Shown: positions 1 through 9,535, counted from the first letter of the stretch. The stretch is DNA of 64,000 nucleotides from Candidatus Staskawiczbacteria bacterium (GCA_026395295.1 JAPLYZ010000010.1:5678-69677), one strand, 5' to 3'. Numbers and translations are program-made. The notes: a model not told the origin generated them from the sequence alone.

Positions 1-71
1 CTATTGTATGCTTTAGTTGCAGATACGACGGACCGATAAGATAACGGCTTTCGAGATTGAACGAAATCTCG

Positions 72-97
72 GCCTTGCAGCAACGCAAGGCTTTTTT
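72..97 (+). terminator. Rho-independent terminator
   Basis: GCCTTGC-agcaac-GCAAGGC followed by TTTTTT. Probably ends a gene truncated by the window start (frame-1 stop at 37-39). Confidence 0.7.
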
Positions 98-298
98 CTT
101 GCAGTAAGTTCACGGCAGAATAGTTCACGTGGCGTGAAAAAACCGCATAACCGATTAAATTAGTCTGTTATGGTAGGTTAAAAAGCATTACCCTAAGCTA
201 TTCCACGAAAAAGTGGAACAGTTGCACAGGTCAAATGGAAGAAATGAAGCGTTCGGGCAAGGGTTGAAAAAGTTATGCCGTCGGAGTAAAATAAACAC

Positions 299-1498
299 AT
301 GGAAGTAGATAAAAATAAAATTTATAGCATATCGGAGTTTGTGGGGCTACTCAATGCGGATTTGAAATGGATGAAGGCAAGGATTGTCGGCGAGGTGGGC
401 GAGGCAAAAGCTGGGCCAACCGGACACGTTTATTTTACTTTGAAAGACGAAAAAGATGGTTCTATGCTTAATTGCATAATGTGGGCGTCAAAATACAGGT
501 TGTTTGGAATTACTTTAGAGCCCGGGAAAAAAATTGTGGCATTCGGCAGTCCGGAAATTTACGCGCCAAACGGCAGGTTGTCTTTTATTTGCGATACAAT
601 TGAGCTGGCGGGCGAGGGTGACATAAAAAAACAATATGACGAGTTAAAGAAAAAATTGGACAAGGAAGGACTTTTTGCGCCAGAAAATAAAAGACCAATT
701 CCAAAATATCCGCGAAAAATTGGGTTGATAACCTCAAAACAAGGGGCGGTCATACACGACTTTTTAAATAACATTGGCAAGTTTGGCTTTAATATAAAAA
801 TGATTGACTCGCGAGTAGAAGGGCAGGGCGCGGTGGAAGATTTGTTATCAGCAATTCAAACATTCAGAAAAAAAGAAATTGATATTTTGGTTATTATCAG
901 GGGAGGAGGGTCAATGGAGTCTTTGATGCCTTTTAATAATGAATTATTGGTGCGCGAGGTGGCTGGGTTTCCGGTTCCTGTGCTGGTTGGAATTGGCCAC
1001 GACAAAGATGTTCCGCTGGTGGCTTTGGCCGCTGACAACAGCCAGTCTACACCAACTGCTGTGGCAAATTTGTTAAACGAATCATGGGAGCAGGCATTGC
1101 TGGTTTTAGAAAGATATGAGCGGAAAATTTTTGCCAGCTATGGACTGATTTTTGAAAAGTTTAAAAAAATTGAAAACAGCCTAAACCTTTCTTTGCAAAA
1201 ATTTCGTAATAATATAGCAAACTTAAAAACAAGAATAGAAGCTTATGCAGAAAGATATTTGTTAGGTTTTAATGCTTTGCTTTTGAGAGTGAATGAAAAA
1301 TTAAAAAATGCGGAGAAAATAATCAGCATAAATAATCCCGAACGCCAACTGGCGCTTGGGTACAGCATTGCAACAATAAAAGGAAAAATAATTAAAAAAA
1401 TTAATGATGTAAAAATTGGACAGAGTCTGGAAATAAAAATTTCTGACGGTTCAATTACATCGGAAATAAAAGAAGCTAAAACCTATGGAAAAAAATAA
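299..1498 (+). CDS. xseA: Exodeoxyribonuclease VII large subunit
   Basis: 399-aa ORF. Family-typical segments IGLITSKQGAVIHDF and IRGGGSMESLMPFNNE. Overlapped by a small-subunit ORF. Confidence 0.9.
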   Translation: MEVDKNKIYSISEFVGLLNADLKWMKARIVGEVGEAKAGPTGHVYFTLKDEKDGSMLNCIMWASKYRLFGITLEPGKKIVAFGSPEIYAPNGRLSFICDTIELAGEGDIKKQYDELKKKLDKEGLFAPENKRPIPKYPRKIGLITSKQGAVIHDFLNNIGKFGFNIKMIDSRVEGQGAVEDLLSAIQTFRKKEIDILVIIRGGGSMESLMPFNNELLVREVAGFPVPVLVGIGHDKDVPLVALAADNSQSTPTAVANLLNESWEQALLVLERYERKIFASYGLIFEKFKKIENSLNLSLQKFRNNIANLKTRIEAYAERYLLGFNALLLRVNEKLKNAEKIISINNPERQLALGYSIATIKGKIIKKINDVKIGQSLEIKISDGSITSEIKEAKTYGKK

Positions 1499-1688
1499 TC
1501 TTAGCGCCAATCTTAAAAAGTTGGCGGGCATAACCGAGTGGTTTGACAATCAAAATGAAATTGATGTTGAGGAGGGGCTTAATAAGGTAAAAGAAGCGGT
1601 TGTTTTAATAAAAGAGAGCAAGGAAAGATTGAAGCAGATAGAAAATGAATTTGAGGAAATAAAGAAAGAGGCTGATGAAGCAAAATAA
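1485..1688 (+). CDS. xseB: Exodeoxyribonuclease VII small subunit
   Basis: 67-aa helical acidic ORF overlapping the xseA stop, in the typical xseAB arrangement. Confidence 0.7.
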   Translation: MEKNNLSANLKKLAGITEWFDNQNEIDVEEGLNKVKEAVVLIKESKERLKQIENEFEEIKKEADEAK

Positions 1689-2985
1689 AATTTTACAAAA
1701 ATCAGGATGGCTTATTGTAATTATTTTGTCCTTTATGCCTTTGGCATTGTGGCTTTTTGAATTGCCTTTGCAATATAGATTTTCCAATTCCTCTCTGCTT
1801 TTTAGAAGCGTAGGAGATGTTGCGGGGCTCTGTGGAATGGCGATGTTTTCGTTGGTTTTGATTTTAAGCGCCCGGTTGAAATTTTTTGAAAAGTTTTTCA
1901 AAGGGATAAACGAATCATACACAGCTCATCATTTTTTTGGCGGGCTGGCTTTTTGCTTATTACTGTTTCATCCGCTGTTTCTGGCTTATAATTACTTTCG
2001 TGTTTCTTTTATGTCAGCCGCCTTATTTTTTCTCCCTGGCCCCAGTTTAGGGCAAAATTTTGGTATAATCGGGCTGGTTGTGATGATTATTACGTTGGTC
2101 ATAACCTTTTATATGAAGATTAGATATCAGATATGGAAGTTTACCCATAAATTTTTGGGTTTAGCTTTTGTTTTTGCGCTTTTGCACACTTTTTTAATTG
2201 GTGGAGACATCGCCAACAATCAGCCGTTGAAAATATATCTTTTGGGGCTGGGGATTTTAGCAATTGTTGCATATTTTTATAGAGCCATCTTTAGCAGTTT
2301 TGCGGTCAAGTTTTTTGATTATACAATTAAAAACATAAAATCATTGCAGGACAAAACATGTGAGATAGAACTTCAAGCAGTTGACAAAGAAATTAAATTT
2401 ACATCGGGGCAGTTCGGGTTTGTAAAATTTTTTAATAAAGAGCTGACAATGGAAGCACACCCGTTTTCGTTCAGTTCGGCGCCGGGGCAGCCATTAAAAA
2501 TCGCCATAAAGGAATTAGGAGATTACACTAATAAAATCAGCAGTTTAAAGGCAGGGGATAGAGCTAAGATAGAAGGGCCTTTTGGATCTTTTAATTTTAG
2601 AAATTATAAGCGCAAAAAACAGGTTTGGATAGCGGGAGGAATTGGAATTACTCCATTTTTGAGCATGATGAGGGATCTAACAAATGCCGACGATGATTAT
2701 CAGATAGATTTGTATTATTCCGCCAGAAACGCAAATTGCCTTGTTTTTAGAGGAGAAATCAGCGAAATATCTACGAGGCATAAAAATTTGAACGTTATTT
2801 TATGGGCGTCTGACGAGAGAGGTTTTTTGAATGCAAATTTAATAAAAATAGACACCTCGGACGTTGACGAGAGAGATATCTTAATTTGCGGGCCCAGCCC
2901 TATGATGTCGGCGTTAAAAGAACAATTTTTAAGCCAAGGGCTTAAAAGGAGTCAAATTCACTCAGAAGAATTTCAATTATATTAA
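1675..2985 (+). CDS. NOX/ferric-reductase-like transmembrane flavocytochrome (FRD domain + FNR-like FAD/NAD(P)H domain)
   Basis: 436 aa. TM helices carry paired histidines (H-x13-H in HHFFGGLAFCLLLFH, H-x12-H in HKFLGLAFVFALLH). The C-terminal part has HPFS, GGIGITP and CGP motifs. Confidence 0.75.
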   Translation: MKQNKILQKSGWLIVIILSFMPLALWLFELPLQYRFSNSSLLFRSVGDVAGLCGMAMFSLVLILSARLKFFEKFFKGINESYTAHHFFGGLAFCLLLFHPLFLAYNYFRVSFMSAALFFLPGPSLGQNFGIIGLVVMIITLVITFYMKIRYQIWKFTHKFLGLAFVFALLHTFLIGGDIANNQPLKIYLLGLGILAIVAYFYRAIFSSFAVKFFDYTIKNIKSLQDKTCEIELQAVDKEIKFTSGQFGFVKFFNKELTMEAHPFSFSSAPGQPLKIAIKELGDYTNKISSLKAGDRAKIEGPFGSFNFRNYKRKKQVWIAGGIGITPFLSMMRDLTNADDDYQIDLYYSARNANCLVFRGEISEISTRHKNLNVILWASDERGFLNANLIKIDTSDVDERDILICGPSPMMSALKEQFLSQGLKRSQIHSEEFQLY

Positions 2986-2998
2986 ATTACCAATAATT

Positions 2999-3370
2999 AT
3001 GGCAATAAAAAATTTAGTAACTATTTCCTTAACAATCTTTATAATCTTGATCGTTGTCGTTTTGGGGTCAGGGTTGTTGTTTAATCAAAACAAGGCGAGC
3101 ATTACGCAAACAACGCAACAAAAAATCATAAGCATCACAAAAGCAGAAGTTGCAAAACACAATTCAGCAAACGATTGCTGGACAATAGTAAGCAACAAGG
3201 TTTACGATGTTACAAGTTTAATACCCATACATTCGGGCGGGCCGGATAAAATAATTGCTTACTGTGGAAAAGACGCTACAACGGCGTTTAACACAAGAAA
3301 CGGCAAGGGTCCGCACTCGCAAAAAGCGCAAGATGCCCTAAATAATTATTATGTTGGAAACCTTAACTGA
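2999..3370 (+). CDS. Membrane-anchored cytochrome b5-like heme-binding protein
   Basis: 123 aa. N-terminal TM helix, then a b5-like core (CWTIVSNKVYDVT, IHSGGPD in place of HPGG, second His in GPHS). Confidence 0.7.
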   Translation: MAIKNLVTISLTIFIILIVVVLGSGLLFNQNKASITQTTQQKIISITKAEVAKHNSANDCWTIVSNKVYDVTSLIPIHSGGPDKIIAYCGKDATTAFNTRNGKGPHSQKAQDALNNYYVGNLN

Positions 3371-3908
3371 TGAAAATTTAATAAAACAATATCTGAAAGG
3401 CGACGAAAAATCGCTGGAGTTTTTAATTGCAAGGTATTTGAAGCAAATCTACAATTTTGTTTATAAAAATGTCGGGGACCAGGCTGAAGCCGAGGATATA
3501 ACTCAAGAAGTTTTCGTAAAGGTTTGGAGAAATATCAAGAAGTTTGACCAAAACAAAAATTTTAAGCCTTGGATTTTCCAAATTGCTAAAAATACCTCCA
3601 TAGATTCTTTAAGAAAAAAGAAAACAACGCCCTTTTCTAGGTTTGAAAATGAAAAGGGTCAGAATTTACTGGTTGAAAATATCGTCTCAGCCCCAATGAA
3701 CTTGATAGAGAAAATCAGCGATAAAAAGTTCTTAGCAACAGTTATGCAGAATTTAACCGGCGAGGAACAAAAAATCATGAATATGCGTCACATAGACGGT
3801 TTAAGCTTCAAAGAAATTGCAGATATATTTAAGGAGCCGATAAATACCGTTAAAAGCCGGCACAGAAGAATTTTGTTAAAACTGAAGAAAAGTATTGAAA
3901 ATAGGTAA
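3351..3908 (+). CDS. ECF-type RNA polymerase sigma-70 family factor
   Basis: 185 aa. Region 2 (EDITQEVFVKVW, PWIFQIAKNTSID) and region 4 HTH (SFKEIADIFKEPINTVKSRHRR). Confidence 0.9.
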   Translation: MLETLTDENLIKQYLKGDEKSLEFLIARYLKQIYNFVYKNVGDQAEAEDITQEVFVKVWRNIKKFDQNKNFKPWIFQIAKNTSIDSLRKKKTTPFSRFENEKGQNLLVENIVSAPMNLIEKISDKKFLATVMQNLTGEEQKIMNMRHIDGLSFKEIADIFKEPINTVKSRHRRILLKLKKSIENR

Positions 3909-3950
3909 GCACCAAAATACTGTAATAAAACGTATAATTAATAGATTCAA

Positions 3951-4337
3951 ATGAACAACTCTAACATAGAACCGCCAATAGGATTATTGGAAAAAATTTT
4001 AAAACGCATTCACAGAGAAGAGCGAATTTTGGTTATAAGGAGGGTTATCATTTTTTCCATTTTATTGATCGGGTCGTTATTGGGATTTATTCCATCTTTA
4101 AGAATGCTTGTTTCTGATTTTAATCAGTCGGGTTTTTCCAGCTTTTTCTCCCTTGTATTTTCTGATTTTTCATTGGTATCGGCGTATTGGAAAAATTTTA
4201 TGATAATACTCTTAGAAACCCTGCCGGCCGCCAGTTTGGCGCTTTTCTTAGCAGTTCTGCTTATAATTTTAGAATCTATAAAACTTATTGCGAAAGACGT
4301 TAAAATTATTAAAAGCCATCATTTAATGGCGAATTAA
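3951..4337 (+). CDS. Putative anti-sigma / membrane protein
   Basis: 128 aa. Short cytoplasmic N-terminus then TM helices, directly downstream of the ECF sigma gene. Assigned by position only. Confidence 0.35.
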   Translation: MNNSNIEPPIGLLEKILKRIHREERILVIRRVIIFSILLIGSLLGFIPSLRMLVSDFNQSGFSSFFSLVFSDFSLVSAYWKNFMIILLETLPAASLALFLAVLLIILESIKLIAKDVKIIKSHHLMAN

Positions 4338-4338
4338 A

Positions 4339-4818
4339 ATGGATACAGATAAAATTTTTCAATCAAAATTTTTTAGATGGATTATTCCAGGGGTAGCCGG
4401 AATAATAATATTGATTTTTGTTTTTAGTCTAGGAGTTTTTGTTGGCGCAAAAAAGGCGGACTTTTCTTTTCAATGGGCAGATGAGTATCATCGTAATTTT
4501 GGCGGACCTCAGGGCGGATTTTTTGGAGAATTTTTGGGAACCGAGAAAGAATTCGCCAACAGTAACGGCGTCTTCGGGCAGATCATAAAAGTCGGGAGCA
4601 ACGACATAACCGTCAAAGGCAGAGATAATGTTGAGAAACTTATTTTAGTAAGTCCGCAAACGCCAATTTCGTATCAGAGAAAAAGCATAAAATTATCTGA
4701 CCTAAAAATTGGCGATAATGTTGTTGTTATAGGCGAACCGGGTGATGGCGGTCAAATTCGGGCAGAGCTTATCAGGGTTATGCCTCTGCCTCCCCCTCCT
4801 GCGCCGAATAAAAAATAA
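4339..4818 (+). CDS. Membrane-anchored hypothetical protein (paralog of 8527-8952)
   Basis: 159 aa. N-terminal TM, beta-rich domain ending in GDNVVVIGEPGDGGQIRAELIRVMP, and a proline tail. Confidence 0.4.
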   Translation: MDTDKIFQSKFFRWIIPGVAGIIILIFVFSLGVFVGAKKADFSFQWADEYHRNFGGPQGGFFGEFLGTEKEFANSNGVFGQIIKVGSNDITVKGRDNVEKLILVSPQTPISYQRKSIKLSDLKIGDNVVVIGEPGDGGQIRAELIRVMPLPPPPAPNKK

Positions 4819-4826
4819 TTATTATT

Positions 4827-6569
4827 ATGATAACTTTTATCAAAAAAATAGCCGAGGTAGCCAAAAATTTTATATTTAAACATAAAATAATAAGCGCAAT
4901 AATGATTTTGTGCCTGCTGGGTGGAATTTATTGGATGTATAAATCTGCAAGCGCCAACAGCGGAGAAACTCGCTATGTTTTAGTGGCAGCTGCTAAGCAA
5001 ACAATAAGTTCTTCTGTTTCTGGAACCGGGCAAGTTTCAGCCTCGGACCAAGTGATGCTTTCTCCGGGGTCGGGAGCTTCCGGAAAAGTTGTATACTTAA
5101 ATGCTGTCTCCGGGCAAAAAGTTTCAATGGGGACTCTTTTAGTAAAATTGGATACAACAGACGCGGAAAAAACCATCAGAGACGCGCAAAGTAGCTTAGA
5201 ATCAGCGCAAATATCTTTACAAAAATTAGAGGGTCCAAGCACATTAACCACGCCCCTAAACAAACAAAATGCCCAGGACGCTTTAAACGCAGACTATGAA
5301 TCGGCGTACAATAATGTATCAAACACATTTATTGATTTGCCAAACATTATGACCGGGCTCCAGGATATTCTTTATGGTAACACCTTCAATATTTACCAGC
5401 AAAATATAGATTATTACACCTATGGAGTCTATACCTATGACGAAAATGCCATTTCGTACAAAAATAGCGCTGTGGCTTCGTATCAAACCGCAAGAACAGC
5501 TTACGATAAAAATTTTGCTGACTACAAGGCAACAAGCAGGTTTTCGAATAACGCCACCGTTGATTCAATAATCGATGAAACCTATGGAACAGTAAAAGAC
5601 ATCGCCCAGTCGATTAAGGATGTCAATAATCTTATCCAGTTTTATAAAGACAAACTTACCGAGCATAATGTAAAAACAAATTCTACTGCCGACACTCATC
5701 TTTTAAGTCTTAACACTTATTCTTCCAAAGCTAATTCCGACGCCCTCGCTCTATTAAATTCTCAAAGCGCCATTAAGTCAGACAAAAATGCGATATTAAA
5801 CTCAGATTTAGATATTGCCTCCCAGCAATTATCTCTTACAAAAGCGCAAAATACTTTGGCAGACGCCAAAGCGGCTCTTGCAAATTATTATATTTATGCG
5901 CCGTTTGACGGCGTTGTCGGGGCGGTGAGCATCCAAAAGGGTGATATAATTTCCTCGGGAACTTCGGCCATAACATTTATAACTAAAAATGAATATACTC
6001 AAATTTCATTGAGCGAGGTTGATATCACGAAGATAAAATTAGGGAACAAAGCAGTTCTCACTTTTGACGCAATAAGCGGATTAAGCATTGCCGGCAGAGT
6101 GACAGAAATTGATACGCTGGGAACCGTTAGCCAGGGAGTGGTAAATTACAACGTGAAAATAGTTTTTGACACTCAAGATGACAGAATAAAGCCGGGCATG
6201 TCTGTAAGCGCAAATGTTATTACAGAAACAAAGCAGAATGTTCTGGCAGTTCCAAACTCTGCTGTTAAGTCTAAAAGCGGAAATTATTATGTGTTAGTTT
6301 TAAATCAAAAACAGAATTTAGCCGTTCCAACAGCAAACCAAGGATTTGTCTCTGCCTTAGCCCCAACGCAAAAATCAGTGCAGGTTGGCTTAGCCGACGA
6401 CAACAACACGGAAATAGTTAGCGGACTGGCAGAAGGAGACCAGGTTGTTGTGAGAACTATCTCGTCAACCGCAATTGCTTCGAGCTCTGTTTCAACAAGC
6501 AAAACCACAAACACAGCCACGAGAAGTTTATTCGGCGCAGGAGGCGGAGGAGCGCGTCCGGGAAATTAG
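4827..6569 (+). CDS. HlyD/MacA-family periplasmic adaptor-like protein
   Basis: 580 aa. N-terminal TM, long coiled-coil region, lipoyl-like and beta-barrel segments (YIYAPFDGVVG, IKPGMSVSANV). Sits upstream of the MacB-type ATPase and permease. Confidence 0.8.
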   Translation: MITFIKKIAEVAKNFIFKHKIISAIMILCLLGGIYWMYKSASANSGETRYVLVAAAKQTISSSVSGTGQVSASDQVMLSPGSGASGKVVYLNAVSGQKVSMGTLLVKLDTTDAEKTIRDAQSSLESAQISLQKLEGPSTLTTPLNKQNAQDALNADYESAYNNVSNTFIDLPNIMTGLQDILYGNTFNIYQQNIDYYTYGVYTYDENAISYKNSAVASYQTARTAYDKNFADYKATSRFSNNATVDSIIDETYGTVKDIAQSIKDVNNLIQFYKDKLTEHNVKTNSTADTHLLSLNTYSSKANSDALALLNSQSAIKSDKNAILNSDLDIASQQLSLTKAQNTLADAKAALANYYIYAPFDGVVGAVSIQKGDIISSGTSAITFITKNEYTQISLSEVDITKIKLGNKAVLTFDAISGLSIAGRVTEIDTLGTVSQGVVNYNVKIVFDTQDDRIKPGMSVSANVITETKQNVLAVPNSAVKSKSGNYYVLVLNQKQNLAVPTANQGFVSALAPTQKSVQVGLADDNNTEIVSGLAEGDQVVVRTISSTAIASSSVSTSKTTNTATRSLFGAGGGGARPGN

Positions 6570-6579
6570 TTTTTAAAAA

Positions 6580-7266
6580 ATGATAGAAATTAAAAACATA
6601 GTAAAAATATATCAAACAGGAGCAGTTGGATTTCAGGCTCTTTCAGGAGTCAGTTTTAATATAAAAGACGGAGAGTTTGTTGCAATTATGGGACCTTCGG
6701 GATCGGGGAAATCAACTTTAATGCACATTTTGGGAGCCTTAGATACGCCAACAACAGGAACATACCTTTTGGACGGCAAAGATGTTTCAACATTAAACGA
6801 AGACGAATTAGCTGACATAAGAAAAAATAAAATCGGATTTGTTTTTCAGGCATTCAACCTTTTGCCCAGAGCAACTGCTTTAAGAAATGTGTCTTTACCC
6901 TTGGTTTATACCGGCGTTGAAAAAGAAAAAAGAGAAAAAAGAGCAAAAGAGTCTTTGAAAGCATCCGGACTTGATGAAGAATACTTTAACCATTTGTCCA
7001 ATCAATTGTCCGGCGGGCAAATTCAAAGAGTTGCAATTGCCAGAGCGCTTGTTAATAATCCGACCTTAATTTTAGCCGATGAGCCAACTGGGAACCTTGA
7101 TTCAAAAACAGGTGAAATTGTTTTGGAAACATTTAGAAAGCTTAACAAAGAGCATGGAAGAACAATTATTTTGATTACGCACGAGCACGATGTTGCCGAG
7201 CATGCTGACAGAATTATTCATATTAAAGACGGGCTTATTGTGAGCGACACCAAAAAAAGACAATGA
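6580..7266 (+). CDS. ABC transporter ATP-binding protein (MacB/LolD type)
   Basis: Walker [10 protein letters not shown], signature [15 protein letters not shown], Walker [12 protein letters not shown]. Confidence 0.95.
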   Translation: MIEIKNIVKIYQTGAVGFQALSGVSFNIKDGEFVAIMGPSGSGKSTLMHILGALDTPTTGTYLLDGKDVSTLNEDELADIRKNKIGFVFQAFNLLPRATALRNVSLPLVYTGVEKEKREKRAKESLKASGLDEEYFNHLSNQLSGGQIQRVAIARALVNNPTLILADEPTGNLDSKTGEIVLETFRKLNKEHGRTIILITHEHDVAEHADRIIHIKDGLIVSDTKKRQ

Positions 7267-8495
7267 AACTTTCAGACACCATAGAAGAAACATTTTTAGC
7301 ATTGTCATCAAACAAAGCCAGAACAGGGCTTACGATTTTAGGCATTGTTATTGGAATAAGCTCGGTGATTGTTATGGTGTCTGTTGGGCAAGGGGCAACA
7401 AGCTCAATTCAGGCAAGCATAGAATCAACCGGATCAAATCTTTTAATGATAACACCCGGGGCGTTGAGAACCTTTGGAGCTGGAGCGCGTTCAGCCGGAG
7501 GAACGGCTCAATCGCTTACTGTTGATGACGCCACAGCCATTGTGAACCAGGTATCATCTGTGCAATATATGACTCCGGAAGTTACAGGGCGCTATCAAGT
7601 GGTTTACAAAGGAAATAACTCAAACACCTCTGTTATGGGGACCAGTGATACTTATCCTCAGGTTAGAAATTTAAGCGTTGATCAGGGAGTTTTTATAACC
7701 TCGCAAGATGTAGACAATGTGTCAAAAATTGCTGTAATTGGTCCGACGGTTGTTACAGATTTATTTGGGACAGATGCGGTGGCAAGTGACGCAATAGGCC
7801 AAACAATAAAAATTAATAAAATGGAATTCAAAGTGGTTGGGGTTACTAAAGCAAAAGGAGGAAGCGGATTTCAAAACCAAGACGACAGAATTTATATTCC
7901 TTACACTGTCTCACAAAGATATTTTACCGGCAACAAATATTTGTCGGAAATTGATTTGCAAATTAGCAGCCCAGACTTAATGACATCGGCGCAAAACGAT
8001 GTTACCAGTTTGTTGCTGTCGCGCCACAACATTGCAGATTCTACGAGCGCTGATTTTACAGTGCAAAACCAGGCAGATATTTTATCGAGCATTTCAAGCG
8101 TAAGTCAGACACTGACAATTTTGCTTGGAGCAATTGCCGGAATTTCTTTGTTGGTGGGCGGAATTGGCATTATGAATATGATGCTTACCACCGTAACCGA
8201 AAGAACAAGGGAAATTGGCCTAAGAAAAGCCATTGGAGCCAAAGCCAAAGATATTACATTTCAATTTTTAACCGAAGCGGTTGTTCTTACATTTTCCGGC
8301 GGAGTAATCGGAGTTTTTTTGGGCTGGATAATTTCTTGGGGTATAAAATACTTTAATCTTTATCAAACGCAGGTGTCGCTGTTTTCGGTAATTCTGGCTG
8401 TTGCTGTTTCTGCGGCTATCGGAATTGTCTTCGGATATTACCCCGCTAAAAGAGCAGCCAAATTAAATCCAATAGAAGCATTAAGATACGAGTAA
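7263..8495 (+). CDS. ABC transporter permease (MacB/FtsX type)
   Basis: 410 aa. N-terminal TM, large extracytoplasmic domain, C-terminal FtsX-like TM bundle (GGIGIMNMMLTTVTERTREIGLRKAIGA, C-terminal NPIEALRYE). Confidence 0.9.
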   Translation: MKLSDTIEETFLALSSNKARTGLTILGIVIGISSVIVMVSVGQGATSSIQASIESTGSNLLMITPGALRTFGAGARSAGGTAQSLTVDDATAIVNQVSSVQYMTPEVTGRYQVVYKGNNSNTSVMGTSDTYPQVRNLSVDQGVFITSQDVDNVSKIAVIGPTVVTDLFGTDAVASDAIGQTIKINKMEFKVVGVTKAKGGSGFQNQDDRIYIPYTVSQRYFTGNKYLSEIDLQISSPDLMTSAQNDVTSLLLSRHNIADSTSADFTVQNQADILSSISSVSQTLTILLGAIAGISLLVGGIGIMNMMLTTVTERTREIGLRKAIGAKAKDITFQFLTEAVVLTFSGGVIGVFLGWIISWGIKYFNLYQTQVSLFSVILAVAVSAAIGIVFGYYPAKRAAKLNPIEALRYE

Positions 8496-8526
8496 AAAAA
8501 TAACAAAAAATTAAATCAAAAAACTT

Positions 8527-8952
8527 ATGAATAAAAAAACTTTATTAATTATAAAAATTGTTGTATTATTGGTTGTAGCAGGTGGAGCTTTTTATGGCGG
8601 AATTCTTTACAGTAAATTATCAGTAGTTTATAATGGAAATCAAAAATCATCTGCGTTCGCCGGTGGAAATTTTCAAGGAGCAAGGGGAAACAGGACAGGC
8701 AACGGCGGTAATTTTATTTCAGGAAGCATTATTGCAAAAGATGCAACCAGTATTACCTTGCAATTGCCGGGCAATGCAGGTTCAAAAATCATTTTTTATT
8801 CAGCAACAACTCAAATCAGCAAAATGGCAACAGGCACCGCAGACGACCTTGCCACAGGAACTGCAGTAAGCGTTAATGGCGCAACAAATTCCGATGGAAG
8901 CGTTACTGCCCAGTCAATTCAAATCCGCCCAATTAATGGAATTAAAAATTAA
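8527..8952 (+). CDS. Membrane-anchored hypothetical protein (paralog of 4339-4818)
   Basis: 141 aa. N-terminal TM, Gly/Asn-rich linker, beta-rich domain (GTAVSVNGATNSDGSVTAQSIQIRP). Confidence 0.4.
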   Translation: MNKKTLLIIKIVVLLVVAGGAFYGGILYSKLSVVYNGNQKSSAFAGGNFQGARGNRTGNGGNFISGSIIAKDATSITLQLPGNAGSKIIFYSATTQISKMATGTADDLATGTAVSVNGATNSDGSVTAQSIQIRPINGIKN

Positions 8953-8965
8953 GAATAAAGAAAAC

Positions 8966-9445
8966 ATGAATAAGACACCGGTGATAGTTTTAAGTGTAGT
9001 AGTTTTATTATTAATAATTGGCATAGGTTATGTTTTCTATTTTGCCTCAACGCAAGGACAACAAAACACTGCCCAAAATAATATGAGTCAAAATAATAAT
9101 CCAAACAGTTTTGAAATACAAGGAATGAAGGTTGAAATTTTAAAACAGGGGACTGGCAACCCTGCAAAAGCAGGCGACAATGTTACTGTAAATTACACCG
9201 GCACTTTGCAGGATGGCACAAAATTTGATTCAAGCCTTAACCCGGGCAGAACGCCGTTTCAATTTGTTTTAGGCCAAAACAGGGTTATCCAAGGTTGGGA
9301 ACTGGGAGTTGCGGGAATGAAAGTTGGCGAGAAAAGAAAGCTTACAATTCCGCCAGAACTGGCTTATGGCCCAGCAGGAGCAGGAGGCTTAATTGGTCCA
9401 AACGCCACCTTAAATTTTGAAGTTGACCTGTTAGCCATAAATTAA
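8966..9445 (+). CDS. FKBP-type peptidyl-prolyl cis-trans isomerase, membrane anchored
   Basis: Start moved to ATG 8966 (MNKTPV...). FKBP core: VTVNYTGTLQDGTKFDSS, VIQGWELGVAGMKVGEKRKLTIPPELAYG. Confidence 0.9.
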   Translation: MNKTPVIVLSVVVLLLIIGIGYVFYFASTQGQQNTAQNNMSQNNNPNSFEIQGMKVEILKQGTGNPAKAGDNVTVNYTGTLQDGTKFDSSLNPGRTPFQFVLGQNRVIQGWELGVAGMKVGEKRKLTIPPELAYGPAGAGGLIGPNATLNFEVDLLAIN

Positions 9446-9461
9446 AAATTTTATTACACAT

Positions 9462-9496
9462 AAAAAGCGTCCTGAGCTTGTCGAAGGGCGCTTTTT
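9462..9496. terminator. Bidirectional hairpin between the FKBP gene and the ocd-like gene
   Basis: AAAAAGCG...CGCTTTTT stem. The loop carries the CCTTCGACAAGCTCAGG repeat in reverse orientation. Confidence 0.6.
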
Positions 9497-9535
9497 ATGT
9501 GCTTGCGCGTTGCGCGCTTAGAACATTTAGAACGT

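Noticed and set aside
215-260. SRP (4.5S) RNA-like string CAGGTCAAATGGAAGAAATGAAGC
   Set aside because: The two halves are direct rather than inverted repeats (ATGGAAG / ATGAAG). The flanks do not form the long helix 5/8 hairpin. RNase P and tmRNA signature blocks are also absent.
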